From positions 17,522 through 63,456 of the forward strand of contig CAZNFK010000001.1 in NCBI GenBank assembly GCA_964572365.1: a DNA stretch of 45,935 nucleotides. The letters are read 5' to 3'. Positions 1-8,828 of the stretch are shown piece by piece. Source of the stretch: an uncultured Flavobacteriaceae bacterium (GTDB lineage: Bacteria; Bacteroidota; Bacteroidia; Flavobacteriales; Flavobacteriaceae). Positions within the stretch are counted from its first letter, which is position 1; every line of letters starts with the position of its first letter. The notes beneath the pieces are model-generated. The model did no database searches and had not been told where the DNA came from. It saw nothing but the letters and a program-made list of their open reading frames with translations. The translations under genes and the position numbers were made by a program.

Positions 1-314
1 GGAAGAATTGGAAAGAGTCTACCGGCATCGATACTATGAGGTTCACAGACAGGGTACACATTCCTGTACAGGCGAACCAAAAACTGAATTATTCGGGTCT
101 TACTGGAGTGATCGTGATCTCCTACTTTTCAAATGAAATGATCTACAACGGGCAACCTGCCCAGGTGAGGACGAATGTTGCCGTTCATTATACAAAAGAT
201 AGCCTTATTGATAGGTTTTATACCTACTACGACCGGACACCTATCTTAAATGTGGTTAATGCGAATGTGCTGGATATTGTGGTAAAAAAAGATTCTGCTA
301 AAGCGGTTCAGTGA
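1..314 (+). CDS. 3' part of a hypothetical protein (frame open to the window edge)
   Basis: The frame of ORF 36..314 stays open upstream (KNWKESTGIDT-M...) to position 3 and ends at TGA 312-314. No family recognised. Confidence 0.6.
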   Translation, partial: KNWKESTGIDTMRFTDRVHIPVQANQKLNYSGLTGVIVISYFSNEMIYNGQPAQVRTNVAVHYTKDSLIDRFYTYYDRTPILNVVNANVLDIVVKKDSAKAVQ

Positions 315-338
315 TTCAAACCAGTTCACAAATAAAGT

Positions 339-1283
339 TTAATCACGGTTAAGCCTCCCGGGAAGTTTATTTGTAAACCGGGAAAACATCACCAGCTTTT
401 TCTTTGTATTGATAAAATAAACTCCGGTGAGCAGAACTGCGGCCGCGATACCTGACTGAACAGTGATCTGCTCATTCAGGAAATACCATCCCAGGATCAT
501 GGCAATAACGGGGTTGACATACGTTGAAGTGGCCACCTTTTCAGGCGAGACCACCTTCAACAGGTAATTAAAGGCTGTGAAGGCTACAATACTTCCGAAG
601 AAAATGAGCAGCAGCATTGAAAACTGTGTTTGTGAACTCCATGTTGTGGGATAGCTCCAGTCTTCTCTAAAAAGGTAACTGGATAGCATCAGCAGAAGTC
701 CGGCGGTGAACATTTGGTACCCTGTATTGACAAAGTGATTGGTGGGTAAATTTGCCTTGCCCACGAAAAGACTTCCGTAGGACCAGCTAATTAGGCAGGC
801 AAAGATCATGGCAATTCCCAGGAAGGATTTTTCCTGATTTACCACCTGTTTCTGGCTAACCAACAGGTAAATGCCTGCTATTCCCAAAACCACCCCCACC
901 ATAGACATGGGTTGTATCTTTTTTCCGTCAAGTATCAGCATAAATAACAAAACCACGAGCGGCTGTGCCGATATGACCAATGCCGCGAACCCGCTGTCCA
1001 CAAAACGCAGGGCCCAGACCACCACTCCGTTTCCGAAACCAAGGAAAAGGAAGCCGGCGATCACGGTATTGACGAACTGTTTCCTTGTGATCTTAAGGTT
1101 TTTTCCAGCCAGTTTTGCGATCACAAAGATCAAAATCCCGGCAGTAAGGAACCTGATAGAAGCCAGCATGAATGGCGGTAACTCGGTAACCGCAATTTTA
1201 TTCAGGACATAAGTAGATCCCCAGATCACATAGATCGCGAAAAATGCCGCGATTATCAATAAGGGGTTTCGGGTTTGGTTCAT
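339..1283 (-). CDS. EamA/DMT family transporter (YedA-like)
   Basis: About 10 TM segments; IYVIWGSTY, FGSIVAFTAF and YVNPVIA motifs. ATG at 1283 preferred over the GTGs at 1286/1289. Confidence 0.9.
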   Translation of the reverse strand: MNQTRNPLLIIAAFFAIYVIWGSTYVLNKIAVTELPPFMLASIRFLTAGILIFVIAKLAGKNLKITRKQFVNTVIAGFLFLGFGNGVVVWALRFVDSGFAALVISAQPLVVLLFMLILDGKKIQPMSMVGVVLGIAGIYLLVSQKQVVNQEKSFLGIAMIFACLISWSYGSLFVGKANLPTNHFVNTGYQMFTAGLLLMLSSYLFREDWSYPTTWSSQTQFSMLLLIFFGSIVAFTAFNYLLKVVSPEKVATSTYVNPVIAMILGWYFLNEQITVQSGIAAAVLLTGVYFINTKKKLVMFSRFTNKLPGRLNRD

Positions 1284-1393
1284 CACCACTGATTTTGAGG
1301 TTGTAAAATTAGAAATATTCTTCTTCTAAATAATTTAAAAATTAGATCTGGATAAAATAATTATTAACTTATAATGGCCTAAATTTCAATAAC

Positions 1394-2584
1394 ATGAAAG
1401 GATGGAGTCGTACCTTTTTTTTGATTTTGCTAATGAATATTTCATTTATGGGAAGAGCTCAGGAAATGGGAGGAGCCGAAAAGGCTTCAGCTTTAAGGCT
1501 TTTTCTTAGCGGCGATGTAATGCTCGGCCGGGGAATAGATCAGGCCCTTCCGCACCCGGTAGATCCGGTGCTTTATGAATCTTATGTTACAGACGCCAGA
1601 GCCTATATTCAACTGGCAGAAAGGAAGAATGGCGAATTACGGCTGCCTCTTAGCTATGAATATATCTGGGGAGATGCTTTAAAATTGTGGAAGGAATTTG
1701 ATCCCGATCTGAAGCTTATTAATCTCGAAACCAGTATCACCACCTCTGATGTTCCCTGGAAAGGAAAAGGGATCCATTACCGCATGCACCCCAAAAATAT
1801 AGAGGCCTTCAAGGTGGCGGAAATTGATCATGTTAGCTTAGCCAATAATCACGTGATGGATTGGGGGCGACCCGGACTTGAAGAAACCCTGAACACCTTG
1901 AAGAAAGAAGGGATAAAATATTCCGGAGCCGGAAAGAACAGGAAAGAAGCTGAAGCTCCTTCCATTTTTGAGACAGACTTCGGAAGAGTGTTGATATTTT
2001 CCTATGGATCTCCGGGCAGTGGAATTCCCTTTGACTGGGCTGCCGAAAAAGAGGTTTCAGGAGTGAATTTTTTGAACAGCCTTTCCGAAGAAACTATCGG
2101 GAAAATTAAGCAGAACATTCTCTCCCAAAAGAGAAAAAACGATGTGGTTGTTTTCTCCGTACACTGGGGCGGAAATTGGGGTTATGACATTTCTTCCCGA
2201 CAACAGTTTTTTGCACATAAATTGATCGATGAGGCCGGTGTGGATGTGGTTTTCGGCCATTCCTCTCACCATCCCATGGGAATAGAAGTTTACAAGGATA
2301 AATTGATCATTTATGGAGCCGGTGATTTCATCAATGATTATGAAGGAATAAGCGGGCACGAAGAATACCGAAGTGAACTTTCGCTGATGTATTTTGCCGA
2401 ATTGAATGAAAGTGGAAAATTACTTTCCTTAGAAATGCTGCCAATGAAGATTAAAAGATTCCGCTTAAATCGTGCTGCTAAGAAGGATGTGTCCTGGTTG
2501 GAAAAAATGCTAAATAGGGAAGGAGCAAAGTTTGGTACGAGGATAAAAAAAGTAAAGGATAAGAGCCTCATTTTAGAATGGTAG
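1394..2584 (+). CDS. CapA (PGA_cap) family metallophosphoesterase with signal peptide
   Basis: GDVMLGRG, INLET, SLANNHVMD, SVHWG and GHSSHH motifs; hydrophobic N-terminus ending in A-Q. Confidence 0.88.
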   Translation: MKGWSRTFFLILLMNISFMGRAQEMGGAEKASALRLFLSGDVMLGRGIDQALPHPVDPVLYESYVTDARAYIQLAERKNGELRLPLSYEYIWGDALKLWKEFDPDLKLINLETSITTSDVPWKGKGIHYRMHPKNIEAFKVAEIDHVSLANNHVMDWGRPGLEETLNTLKKEGIKYSGAGKNRKEAEAPSIFETDFGRVLIFSYGSPGSGIPFDWAAEKEVSGVNFLNSLSEETIGKIKQNILSQKRKNDVVVFSVHWGGNWGYDISSRQQFFAHKLIDEAGVDVVFGHSSHHPMGIEVYKDKLIIYGAGDFINDYEGISGHEEYRSELSLMYFAELNESGKLLSLEMLPMKIKRFRLNRAAKKDVSWLEKMLNREGAKFGTRIKKVKDKSLILEW

Positions 2585-2589
2585 AATTG

Positions 2590-2597
2590 TATTTTCG
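2590..2597 (+). promoter_or_regulatory. Bacteroidota -7 promoter element variant (TATTTTCG) for the GNAT gene
   Basis: TAnnTTCG upstream of ATG 2624; the same variant precedes ileS and ORF 18112. Confidence 0.5.
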
Positions 2598-2623
2598 TAT
2601 AATTGAGGATTAAAGATCAAAAT

Positions 2624-3166
2624 ATGAAATATCTGCTCGAGGGGGAAGAGACTGAAAGATTAAAATTTCGTTTGCTTCAAAAAGAAGATTTTGATGATTG
2701 GCTGCCTTTATTCAATGTTGAAAAGGTCGCTAAATTCCTCGCTTTCGACCCTTCTTTGTCACCTGTGGAATTGTGTGAAGCATGGTTTGAAAAAATATTT
2801 TATCGGTACGAAAACGATTTGGGAGGCATGAATGTTTTGGTGGACAAGGTATCAAATCGAATGGTGGGCCAGTGCGGATTGTTGATTCAAACCGTGGAGG
2901 AACAGGAAAGAATGGAAATAGGATATTCTGTTCTTCCCAGGTTCTGGGGTAAAGGCTATGCCTCTGAAGCCTCTCAAAAGTGCAGGGACTATGCTTTTGA
3001 AAATAATTTTAGGGATTCCCTTATTTCAATGATCCACATTGATAATATTGGTTCTGAAAAAGTAGCTATGAAAAATGGGATGTCGCTTGAAAAAACCCTG
3101 AAAAATTATAAGGGTTGCCCTGCTAATATTTTTAAGATTGAAAAGCAGGAATGGACATTAAAATAA
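2624..3166 (+). CDS. GNAT N-acetyltransferase, RimJ/RimL type
   Basis: ETERLKFR, EIGYS..FWGKGYASEA and NIGSEKVA motifs. ATG at 2624 preferred over TTG 2603. Confidence 0.9.
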   Translation: MKYLLEGEETERLKFRLLQKEDFDDWLPLFNVEKVAKFLAFDPSLSPVELCEAWFEKIFYRYENDLGGMNVLVDKVSNRMVGQCGLLIQTVEEQERMEIGYSVLPRFWGKGYASEASQKCRDYAFENNFRDSLISMIHIDNIGSEKVAMKNGMSLEKTLKNYKGCPANIFKIEKQEWTLK

Positions 3167-3213
3167 TGAGATGATAATAGCTCCCTCATCATAAACCCAA
3201 AGAATGATAGATC

Positions 3214-3240
3214 AAAAAAACCCGCTGAAAAGCGGGTTTT
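3214..3240. terminator. Bidirectional intrinsic terminator
   Basis: AAAAAAACCCGCT-GAAA-AGCGGGTTTT between the convergent GNAT and desaturase genes. Confidence 0.85.
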
Positions 3241-3246
3241 AAAATA

Positions 3247-4251
3247 TTATAAGGTTCCGTTTGGTGCGACCCAGGCAAACTGGTGCGGATCTTGAGGTAC
3301 TTTGATCCTTTCGGCGATCCTGGTCATCCTGTCTGGTAGCTTCATTAAATAATCCCGTGCTTTTTCAGCCTTATCGGTTAGGGAAGTCATTTTATCGATC
3401 TCCCAGTATTCATTTAACTTCTCAAGGATCTCAATATAATCCTGGGTGGTGTAAACCCCAAGTCTTTGAGCTGCATTCGAGAAATTTTCAAAAGCTTCTC
3501 CAATCCCCTGACCCGATTCCCTGATGAACTGGGCCGGCATCACGATCTTCTTCTTCATCATATCTTCAAAGGCAAGCATCATTTCACTGGGATCGTATTC
3601 AAAGATGGTTTTCACAAATTCCCTGTAAGCCAGGTGGTGTCTCATCTCATCTCCGGCAATGATGTTACACATCTTTGCCAGCATTTTGTTCCCTTTCTTA
3701 CGGGCAAGCTGCCCTACCCGTTTATGCGAAATGTTAGTGGCAAGTTCCTGGAAACTGGTGTAAACAAAATTGCGGTAAGGGTCTCTTCCCGTACCAATGT
3801 CAAATCCGTCGTTGATCAAATATTGCGTGGTTTTCTCAACTTCTTTCATATCCACCCTTCCGGAGAGGTATAAGTACTTGTTCAGGGTATCCCCGTGACG
3901 GTTCTCTTCCCCTGTCCAGTGACGTATCCATTTTGCCCATCCGTTCTGCATTCCCTTTTGCTGGCCATGCTGCTCCACGCCTTCCATATCCATTAACCAG
4001 GATTCATAGGTTGGCAGTGCCTCTTCAGTCACCATATCAGCCACAAGCACCACCCAGAAATCATAACCCAATTCTTTGGCTTCCTCTCTGATCTGGGTCA
4101 CTTCTTCAAAAAAACCTTCCTCCTGCGAATTGGGCAAAAGATCTGTTGGCTGCCAAATATCCTCTACGGGGATGAGGTATTTTTCCACGAACGTATCTAT
4201 AGATTTCTCTACAGTCTTCATCACTTCCAGTCTAATATTCTCTAAAGCCAT
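3247..4251 (-). CDS. Soluble acyl-ACP desaturase (ferritin-like di-iron, DesA/plant SAD type)
   Basis: WQPTDLLP, TEEALPTY, WTGEENRHG, YTSFQELAT and DEMRH motifs (two D/E-E-x-R-H di-iron motifs). Confidence 0.93.
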   Translation of the reverse strand: MALENIRLEVMKTVEKSIDTFVEKYLIPVEDIWQPTDLLPNSQEEGFFEEVTQIREEAKELGYDFWVVLVADMVTEEALPTYESWLMDMEGVEQHGQQKGMQNGWAKWIRHWTGEENRHGDTLNKYLYLSGRVDMKEVEKTTQYLINDGFDIGTGRDPYRNFVYTSFQELATNISHKRVGQLARKKGNKMLAKMCNIIAGDEMRHHLAYREFVKTIFEYDPSEMMLAFEDMMKKKIVMPAQFIRESGQGIGEAFENFSNAAQRLGVYTTQDYIEILEKLNEYWEIDKMTSLTDKAEKARDYLMKLPDRMTRIAERIKVPQDPHQFAWVAPNGTL

Positions 4252-4316
4252 AATTCTAAATCTTAATATTCAAAAGGTCAATAACCAGACCACGTTTTTT
4301 GTGGTGGGCTAATCTA

Positions 4317-4324
4317 CAAAGGTA
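4317..4324 (-). promoter_or_regulatory. Bacteroidota -7 promoter element (TACCTTTG) for the desaturase
   Basis: Perfect TAnnTTTG on the minus strand, about 65 nt upstream of the ATG. Confidence 0.65.
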
Positions 4325-4357
4325 ATAAGATAAAAATGCTCAAAATTAAAAATAATC

Positions 4358-5086
4358 TTAATTTCTTCCGTCTTCCTCAGGGTATAGAGTCCACACTTCA
4401 TCACTTTGATAAACTTCTTTTGACAACACATCCATCAATGACAACCTGCCTTTAAAAGCTGCGCCGGTATCAATATTATAAACATTTGCGGCTTTTACCG
4501 GTTTGGTTCGGCCTATTCGGGTAACGGGGGTATGGCCTATAAAAATCTCCTTAAAAAGTTCAAGCCGCTTTGGGTAACCTATGTCACCGGGTTCCAGTGC
4601 CGGATCGATACAAAGCGCCATTTCCCAAAGAGTGCGGTCCCAGTAGAATGGGGTGGGAGTGTATTCCTGTTCAGGGCCTTTTTGGTTGGTAAAACCGGCG
4701 TGTACAAAAAGCCGATCCTCCTTATCGATATAATAATTGACCATTTGATCAAAGAACCTGATGTGGTGCTCTTTCTCTTCTTCTGAAAATTGCCGGTATG
4801 CATCAATGCTGGTTTGTCCTCCATGCTGAAGCCACTGGTCATTTAATTCGCCGTCACGAAGCCATCTGTGGGTAAGATCATCATGATTGCCCCGCAAAAA
4901 GATACAGGTATTCTGTTTGGCCAGCTCGATCAAATAAGTGACAACATTAGCCGAATCACTCCAGCCGTCCACGTAGTCTCCAAGAAAGATCAGTTGATCA
5001 TCTGGAGTGACCTCTGCTCTTTCCAACAGCTGAACCAGCGCCTTGAGGCCACCGTGAATATCTCCAATGACAAGTGTTCTACTCAT
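4358..5086 (-). CDS. Calcineurin-like metallophosphoesterase (PrpA/ApaH-like Ser/Thr phosphatase family)
   Basis: GDIHG, GDYVD, GNHD, VHAG, GHTP and IDTG motifs. Confidence 0.92.
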   Translation of the reverse strand: MSRTLVIGDIHGGLKALVQLLERAEVTPDDQLIFLGDYVDGWSDSANVVTYLIELAKQNTCIFLRGNHDDLTHRWLRDGELNDQWLQHGGQTSIDAYRQFSEEEKEHHIRFFDQMVNYYIDKEDRLFVHAGFTNQKGPEQEYTPTPFYWDRTLWEMALCIDPALEPGDIGYPKRLELFKEIFIGHTPVTRIGRTKPVKAANVYNIDTGAAFKGRLSLMDVLSKEVYQSDEVWTLYPEEDGRN

Positions 5087-6222
5087 TAGTTGTATTTTAC
5101 TTTACGCAATATTCTTAGGCTTTCCTTGAATTGCTGGTAAACTTTCGAATTGTGGTTTTTCAATTCGGTTCGGGCGTCTTCCATTCTCTCTATTGAATCC
5201 TGAAAGCCGTTAAAGTAACAAATAAGATATGTGGCAGGCAGGTTGAGCAGGTCTTTTTCTTCGTGTGGAGTAAGTTCCTGCCCCGCCTTTAATTTTTTTA
5301 TCAGGGCGTTATTCGTGTTGAAAATGTGGTAAAGCGTCTTCTTCTCAAACTGCGGGGGTTCAAAAAGCAGTTCGGTAGTCATCTCATAAGTAGCATTATC
5401 CTTAAAATTGATCTCGACTGCTTCCAGGGGATAATACCGGTATTGTTCATTCAGTCCCAGCCTCACGAATTCAAGAATCTTAAAGGTGTCCGAAGAAATA
5501 CTGATGCTCACTTCGTCCAGTTCAGAATAAAACAGTTTTACCTGTTCATTGATAAGAGCAATGTCTACCCTTGAAAAATAAGTTTTGTCCTTGAGCACCT
5601 TTTTCTTGCCAGACCAGCAGACCACGAAATATTCTTTGAACACTTTATAATTGGGTTCCAGGTCTTCATGTTTCTGGTAAAAATCAAAAACCCCGTCCAG
5701 TGTTAGTTCAATATTGTTTTGGGAATGGGCTTCAATAGAAGCTACGGTTTCCTTGTTTCCGTTCTGCAGCTTTTTGCTGAAAGCCGCCGGCATGCTTATG
5801 CTACCTTCCCTGTAAAAAGCAGTTCCGGCTGTGTATTTCCAGACATTCTTCCGCAGTGAACAGATCTTGCCGCTGTTTGGTCTTATCGTTACGAGCCCCA
5901 CCACCAGGTCATCGGGTAAATGCGGAAACGGGATATTCTCGTACGAAATTAGCGGAGGGTTATTCAAATAAGCATTTACCAGATTCTGGATCTTGCTGTC
6001 ATCAAAAAAATCAACCCCTTTAATGCTGTTATCGGCATCTTCCACTCCAATCACAATAAAGGAATTGTTGTGCGGATTAGAATTAGAGAGGGCGCAAACG
6101 TGTTTGAGAAATTTCGCCTTTCCTTCTTTATTCCCGAGATCGACCTGTCGCTTCTTATCATAGAAACTGTTTTCGCTGTTATGCGCAAGCAGGTTTTTAA
6201 TAAGAAGCCGTTTATTGATCAT
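5086..6222 (-). CDS. Schlafen/AlbA_2-like N-terminal domain protein with uncharacterised C-terminal region
   Basis: N-terminal ENSFYDKK...KHVCALSNS...IVIGVED...IKGV and later YREGS resemble the AlbA_2 pattern (E-x4-E/D-x-K, A-F/L-x-N, IGV-x-D). Its stop overlaps the next start by 1 nt. Confidence 0.7.
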   Translation of the reverse strand: MINKRLLIKNLLAHNSENSFYDKKRQVDLGNKEGKAKFLKHVCALSNSNPHNNSFIVIGVEDADNSIKGVDFFDDSKIQNLVNAYLNNPPLISYENIPFPHLPDDLVVGLVTIRPNSGKICSLRKNVWKYTAGTAFYREGSISMPAAFSKKLQNGNKETVASIEAHSQNNIELTLDGVFDFYQKHEDLEPNYKVFKEYFVVCWSGKKKVLKDKTYFSRVDIALINEQVKLFYSELDEVSISISSDTFKILEFVRLGLNEQYRYYPLEAVEINFKDNATYEMTTELLFEPPQFEKKTLYHIFNTNNALIKKLKAGQELTPHEEKDLLNLPATYLICYFNGFQDSIERMEDARTELKNHNSKVYQQFKESLRILRKVKYN

Positions 6223-6238
6223 GGGGGATAACCTGAAA

Positions 6239-6991
6239 TTATTCTTTATGGAGAATGGTGGAACTCGCCTGGGCAGTTGGCAATACCAGGAGATCGGCGA
6301 TGTTCACGTGAGCCGGACGGGTAACCATAAAAACAATTATATCTGCTATATCTTCAGGAGTCAGTGGATTATAGCCTTCATATACAGATTTTGCCCTTTC
6401 GGAATCTCCCTTGAAGCGCACCTCGCTAAAGCCGGTTTCTACAAGTCCCGGATTAATAGCGCCCACTCGCACTCCAAGTCCGTTGAGGTCTATTCGCATT
6501 CCTTTATTAATGGCATCTACCGCGTGTTTGCTGGCACTATACACGTTCCCGTTTGGATAGACCTCTTTTCCTGCAATAGATCCGATGTTGATGATGTGAC
6601 CCGATTTTCTTTCGGCCATTTGTGGGATTATGGCATTGCTCACATAAAGCAGTCCTTTTACGTTGATGTCGATCATGGCATCCCAGTCTTCAAGGCTGCC
6701 GGTATGTATGGGATCCAGGCCATGGGCATTCCCGGCATTATTTACCAGGATGTCTATCCGGCTAAAATCGGGAGGCAGATTCTCAATGGCTTTTGAAACT
6801 TCATGTTTATCACGCACATCAAATCTTAGGGTGTGGATGTTTACCTGGGTTCCCAATTCTTCGGCCAGTTCTTCAAGAGCATCTTTTCTTCTTCCGCAGA
6901 TGATAAGGTCAAAACCTTCGGCTGCAAATGCTAGTGCCGTGGCTTTCCCAATACCGCTGGTTGCTCCTGTGATCAATGCTGTTTTTGTCAT
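6239..6991 (-). CDS. Short-chain dehydrogenase/reductase (YdfG-like)
   Basis: TGATSGIG, NNAG, catalytic YSASK, and ETGFSEVRFKGD. Confidence 0.92.
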   Translation of the reverse strand: MTKTALITGATSGIGKATALAFAAEGFDLIICGRRKDALEELAEELGTQVNIHTLRFDVRDKHEVSKAIENLPPDFSRIDILVNNAGNAHGLDPIHTGSLEDWDAMIDINVKGLLYVSNAIIPQMAERKSGHIINIGSIAGKEVYPNGNVYSASKHAVDAINKGMRIDLNGLGVRVGAINPGLVETGFSEVRFKGDSERAKSVYEGYNPLTPEDIADIIVFMVTRPAHVNIADLLVLPTAQASSTILHKE

Positions 6992-7005
6992 TTTCTAAAT
7001 GGTAT

Positions 7006-7782
7006 TTATTCTTCCAGTTTATTCGGAAGGTTTTTCCAGTCTTCCTCTATTAATTTCAAATGATGGGCTTTGGCTGCGGAATCTATTTGTGCCAGTTCAT
7101 ACCCCTGCAATACCGGATGAAAATGCGCCGGATGCTGCAAAAACCAGGAAAGTAAGATCTCCCGGGCTGTATGCCGGTACTTTTCGACCATGGGAGCCAA
7201 AAGTCTGTCATATTTTTCGGGATCTTCAAGATGCATCCAAACCATTTCGGTAAGATCACCTGTACCCGGTTGTTTCAAAGTTAAACTTTTCATCGCAGCC
7301 GGAGTGAACTTCCAGTCGGTGAGATTGGCTTTTACTGAATTTTTCTCCATTGGAACAGTCACTGAAGGGGCGTGAAGATCGTATACTCCCGTTTCCAGGA
7401 TCTTCCCTTGTGAGAAAAGTCTTTCTATGGCCGGCATCACGATCTCTTCCGGGGATTGGAGGTCCAGGAAAAAGAGGTCCAGATAGTCGGTTTTTAGATG
7501 CTCCAGGCTTTCTTCGACCTGGGCTATCAGGTCATCAGAACTATTGGGCAGAGCTCTCATGCCGCTCATTAACTGGATCTCGTCCCTGCTCAACCCGCTT
7601 TCACTTAACGCAGTTCCAAGCGAATTATCCTGCAGTGTCTCCCGATGGGGGCCAATGGCCAAAAAGGAAGTGATATCTCTTTCTACGCAGTGCTGGAAGA
7701 GATTTATCTTGTCGCCCCAGGGAACTCTTTCCCATGGTGTAATGCCCTGTATGATTCGGGAATAGGAATTTTTTTGCCTCAT
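7006..7782 (-). CDS. Aldo/keto reductase-fold protein (YdhF-like), apparently non-catalytic
   Basis: SRIIQG, G-x-AL...RDEIQL, EESLEHLKTDYLDL and WFLQHPA are recognisable, but the catalytic D/Y/K/H positions are substituted. Confidence 0.72.
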   Translation of the reverse strand: MRQKNSYSRIIQGITPWERVPWGDKINLFQHCVERDITSFLAIGPHRETLQDNSLGTALSESGLSRDEIQLMSGMRALPNSSDDLIAQVEESLEHLKTDYLDLFFLDLQSPEEIVMPAIERLFSQGKILETGVYDLHAPSVTVPMEKNSVKANLTDWKFTPAAMKSLTLKQPGTGDLTEMVWMHLEDPEKYDRLLAPMVEKYRHTAREILLSWFLQHPAHFHPVLQGYELAQIDSAAKAHHLKLIEEDWKNLPNKLEE

Positions 7783-7932
7783 TTTTTAAATGTAAGAAAC
7801 AAAAAGTGTTCAGGTAAAACGGCAGCTGTTAAAGCGATCAGTAGTAAAGTTAAAAAAAGTTAAACTCCGTTCGTCGATAAATTAAATCCTTTTATCCTTC
7901 GTTATTTAGTCTGAAACCTAAAAAACCTATTT

Positions 7933-8805
7933 ATGAAAAAGTACAGTTTATTTTTAATGCTTTTTGTGTTCGCTACTACCATTATCAGTTGTAGTGATGA
8001 TGAAGATGATTCTCTAAAAAATTCTGAAGGCACCGCCCAGATCGCCGTAGAACTTACAGATGCTCCCGGTGATTATGAAAAAGTTATTGTTGAGGTTGTA
8101 GATGTTATGGTCAAAATGGAAACCGAAACCACTACTGAAACCGAAACCGAAGCAGGAGAAGACGATGGCTGGATCAGCCTGGGGATAGGGGAGTCCCGTG
8201 ACATCAATCTCCTTGATCTAACAGGGGGAGTGACAGAGTTGCTTGCTGAAGCCGAGATCCCTGCAGGATATCTACAGGAAATGAGGCTGGTACTGGGTGA
8301 CAATAATATCATTGTGGTTGACGGGCAAAATTTAGTTCTTGATACGCCCAGCGCGCAACAATCGGGTCTAAAAGTGAAGGTAGACCAGGAATTAGAAGCA
8401 GATGCTTATTACACTTTCATTCTGGATTTTGATGTAGACAAGTCTGTGGTGAGCCAGGGAAATGGCGGGTACAGCCTTAAACCTGTGCTGCGACTTTCTG
8501 TTGATGAAACCTCAGGTTCTATTGCAGGAGTTGTAAGCCCGTCTACAGAGCCGGTGCTTGTAGAAGCGCAAAATGCCAACGGTACCGTTTCGGCTTATAC
8601 CAATGCCGAAGGTAAATTTCAGCTTCACGGGCTGGAGCCTGGAACATACATGCTTACAGCGACACCAGCTGAAGGATTGGGTTATGAAGCTGCTGTGATC
8701 AATAATGTGGTTGTAGAGCAGGGAGTGGTGACTGAACTTGAGGCACCTATCCTTCTTGAAGAAACTGAAACTGAAACTGAAACCGAGACCGGTACAGGAG
8801 AATAA
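7933..8805 (+). CDS. DUF4382-type surface lipoprotein with C-terminal carboxypeptidase-regulatory-like domain
   Basis: Lipobox IISC followed by acidic SDDEDD; LTDAPGDY, INLLDLTGG, TPSAQQSGLK and LDFDVDKS motifs. Confidence 0.82.
   Translation: MKKYSLFLMLFVFATTIISCSDDEDDSLKNSEGTAQIAVELTDAPGDYEKVIVEVVDVMVKMETETTTETETEAGEDDGWISLGIGESRDINLLDLTGGVTELLAEAEIPAGYLQEMRLVLGDNNIIVVDGQNLVLDTPSAQQSGLKVKVDQELEADAYYTFILDFDVDKSVVSQGNGGYSLKPVLRLSVDETSGSIAGVVSPSTEPVLVEAQNANGTVSAYTNAEGKFQLHGLEPGTYMLTATPAEGLGYEAAVINNVVVEQGVVTELEAPILLEETETETETETGTGE
8119..8151 (+). repeat. Degenerate GAAACC hexamer repeat encoding ETET tract
   Basis: GAAACCGAAACCACTACTGAAACCGAAACCGAA. Confidence 0.7.
8761..8790 (+). repeat. GAAACT/GAAACC hexamer tandem repeat encoding C-terminal (ET)5
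   Basis: GAAACT x3, GAAACC, GAGACC. Confidence 0.8.
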
Positions 8806-8828
8806 ACTCGTGTAAATTTCAAATCTTT

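Noticed and set aside
4289-4305. ACCAC/GTGGT hairpin in the desaturase 5' UTR as a thermosensor
   Set aside because: Only 5 bp and far from the start codon; insufficient support.
6215-6796. 193-aa plus-strand ORF
   Set aside because: Antisense to the SDR gene; long antisense frames are common opposite SDRs.
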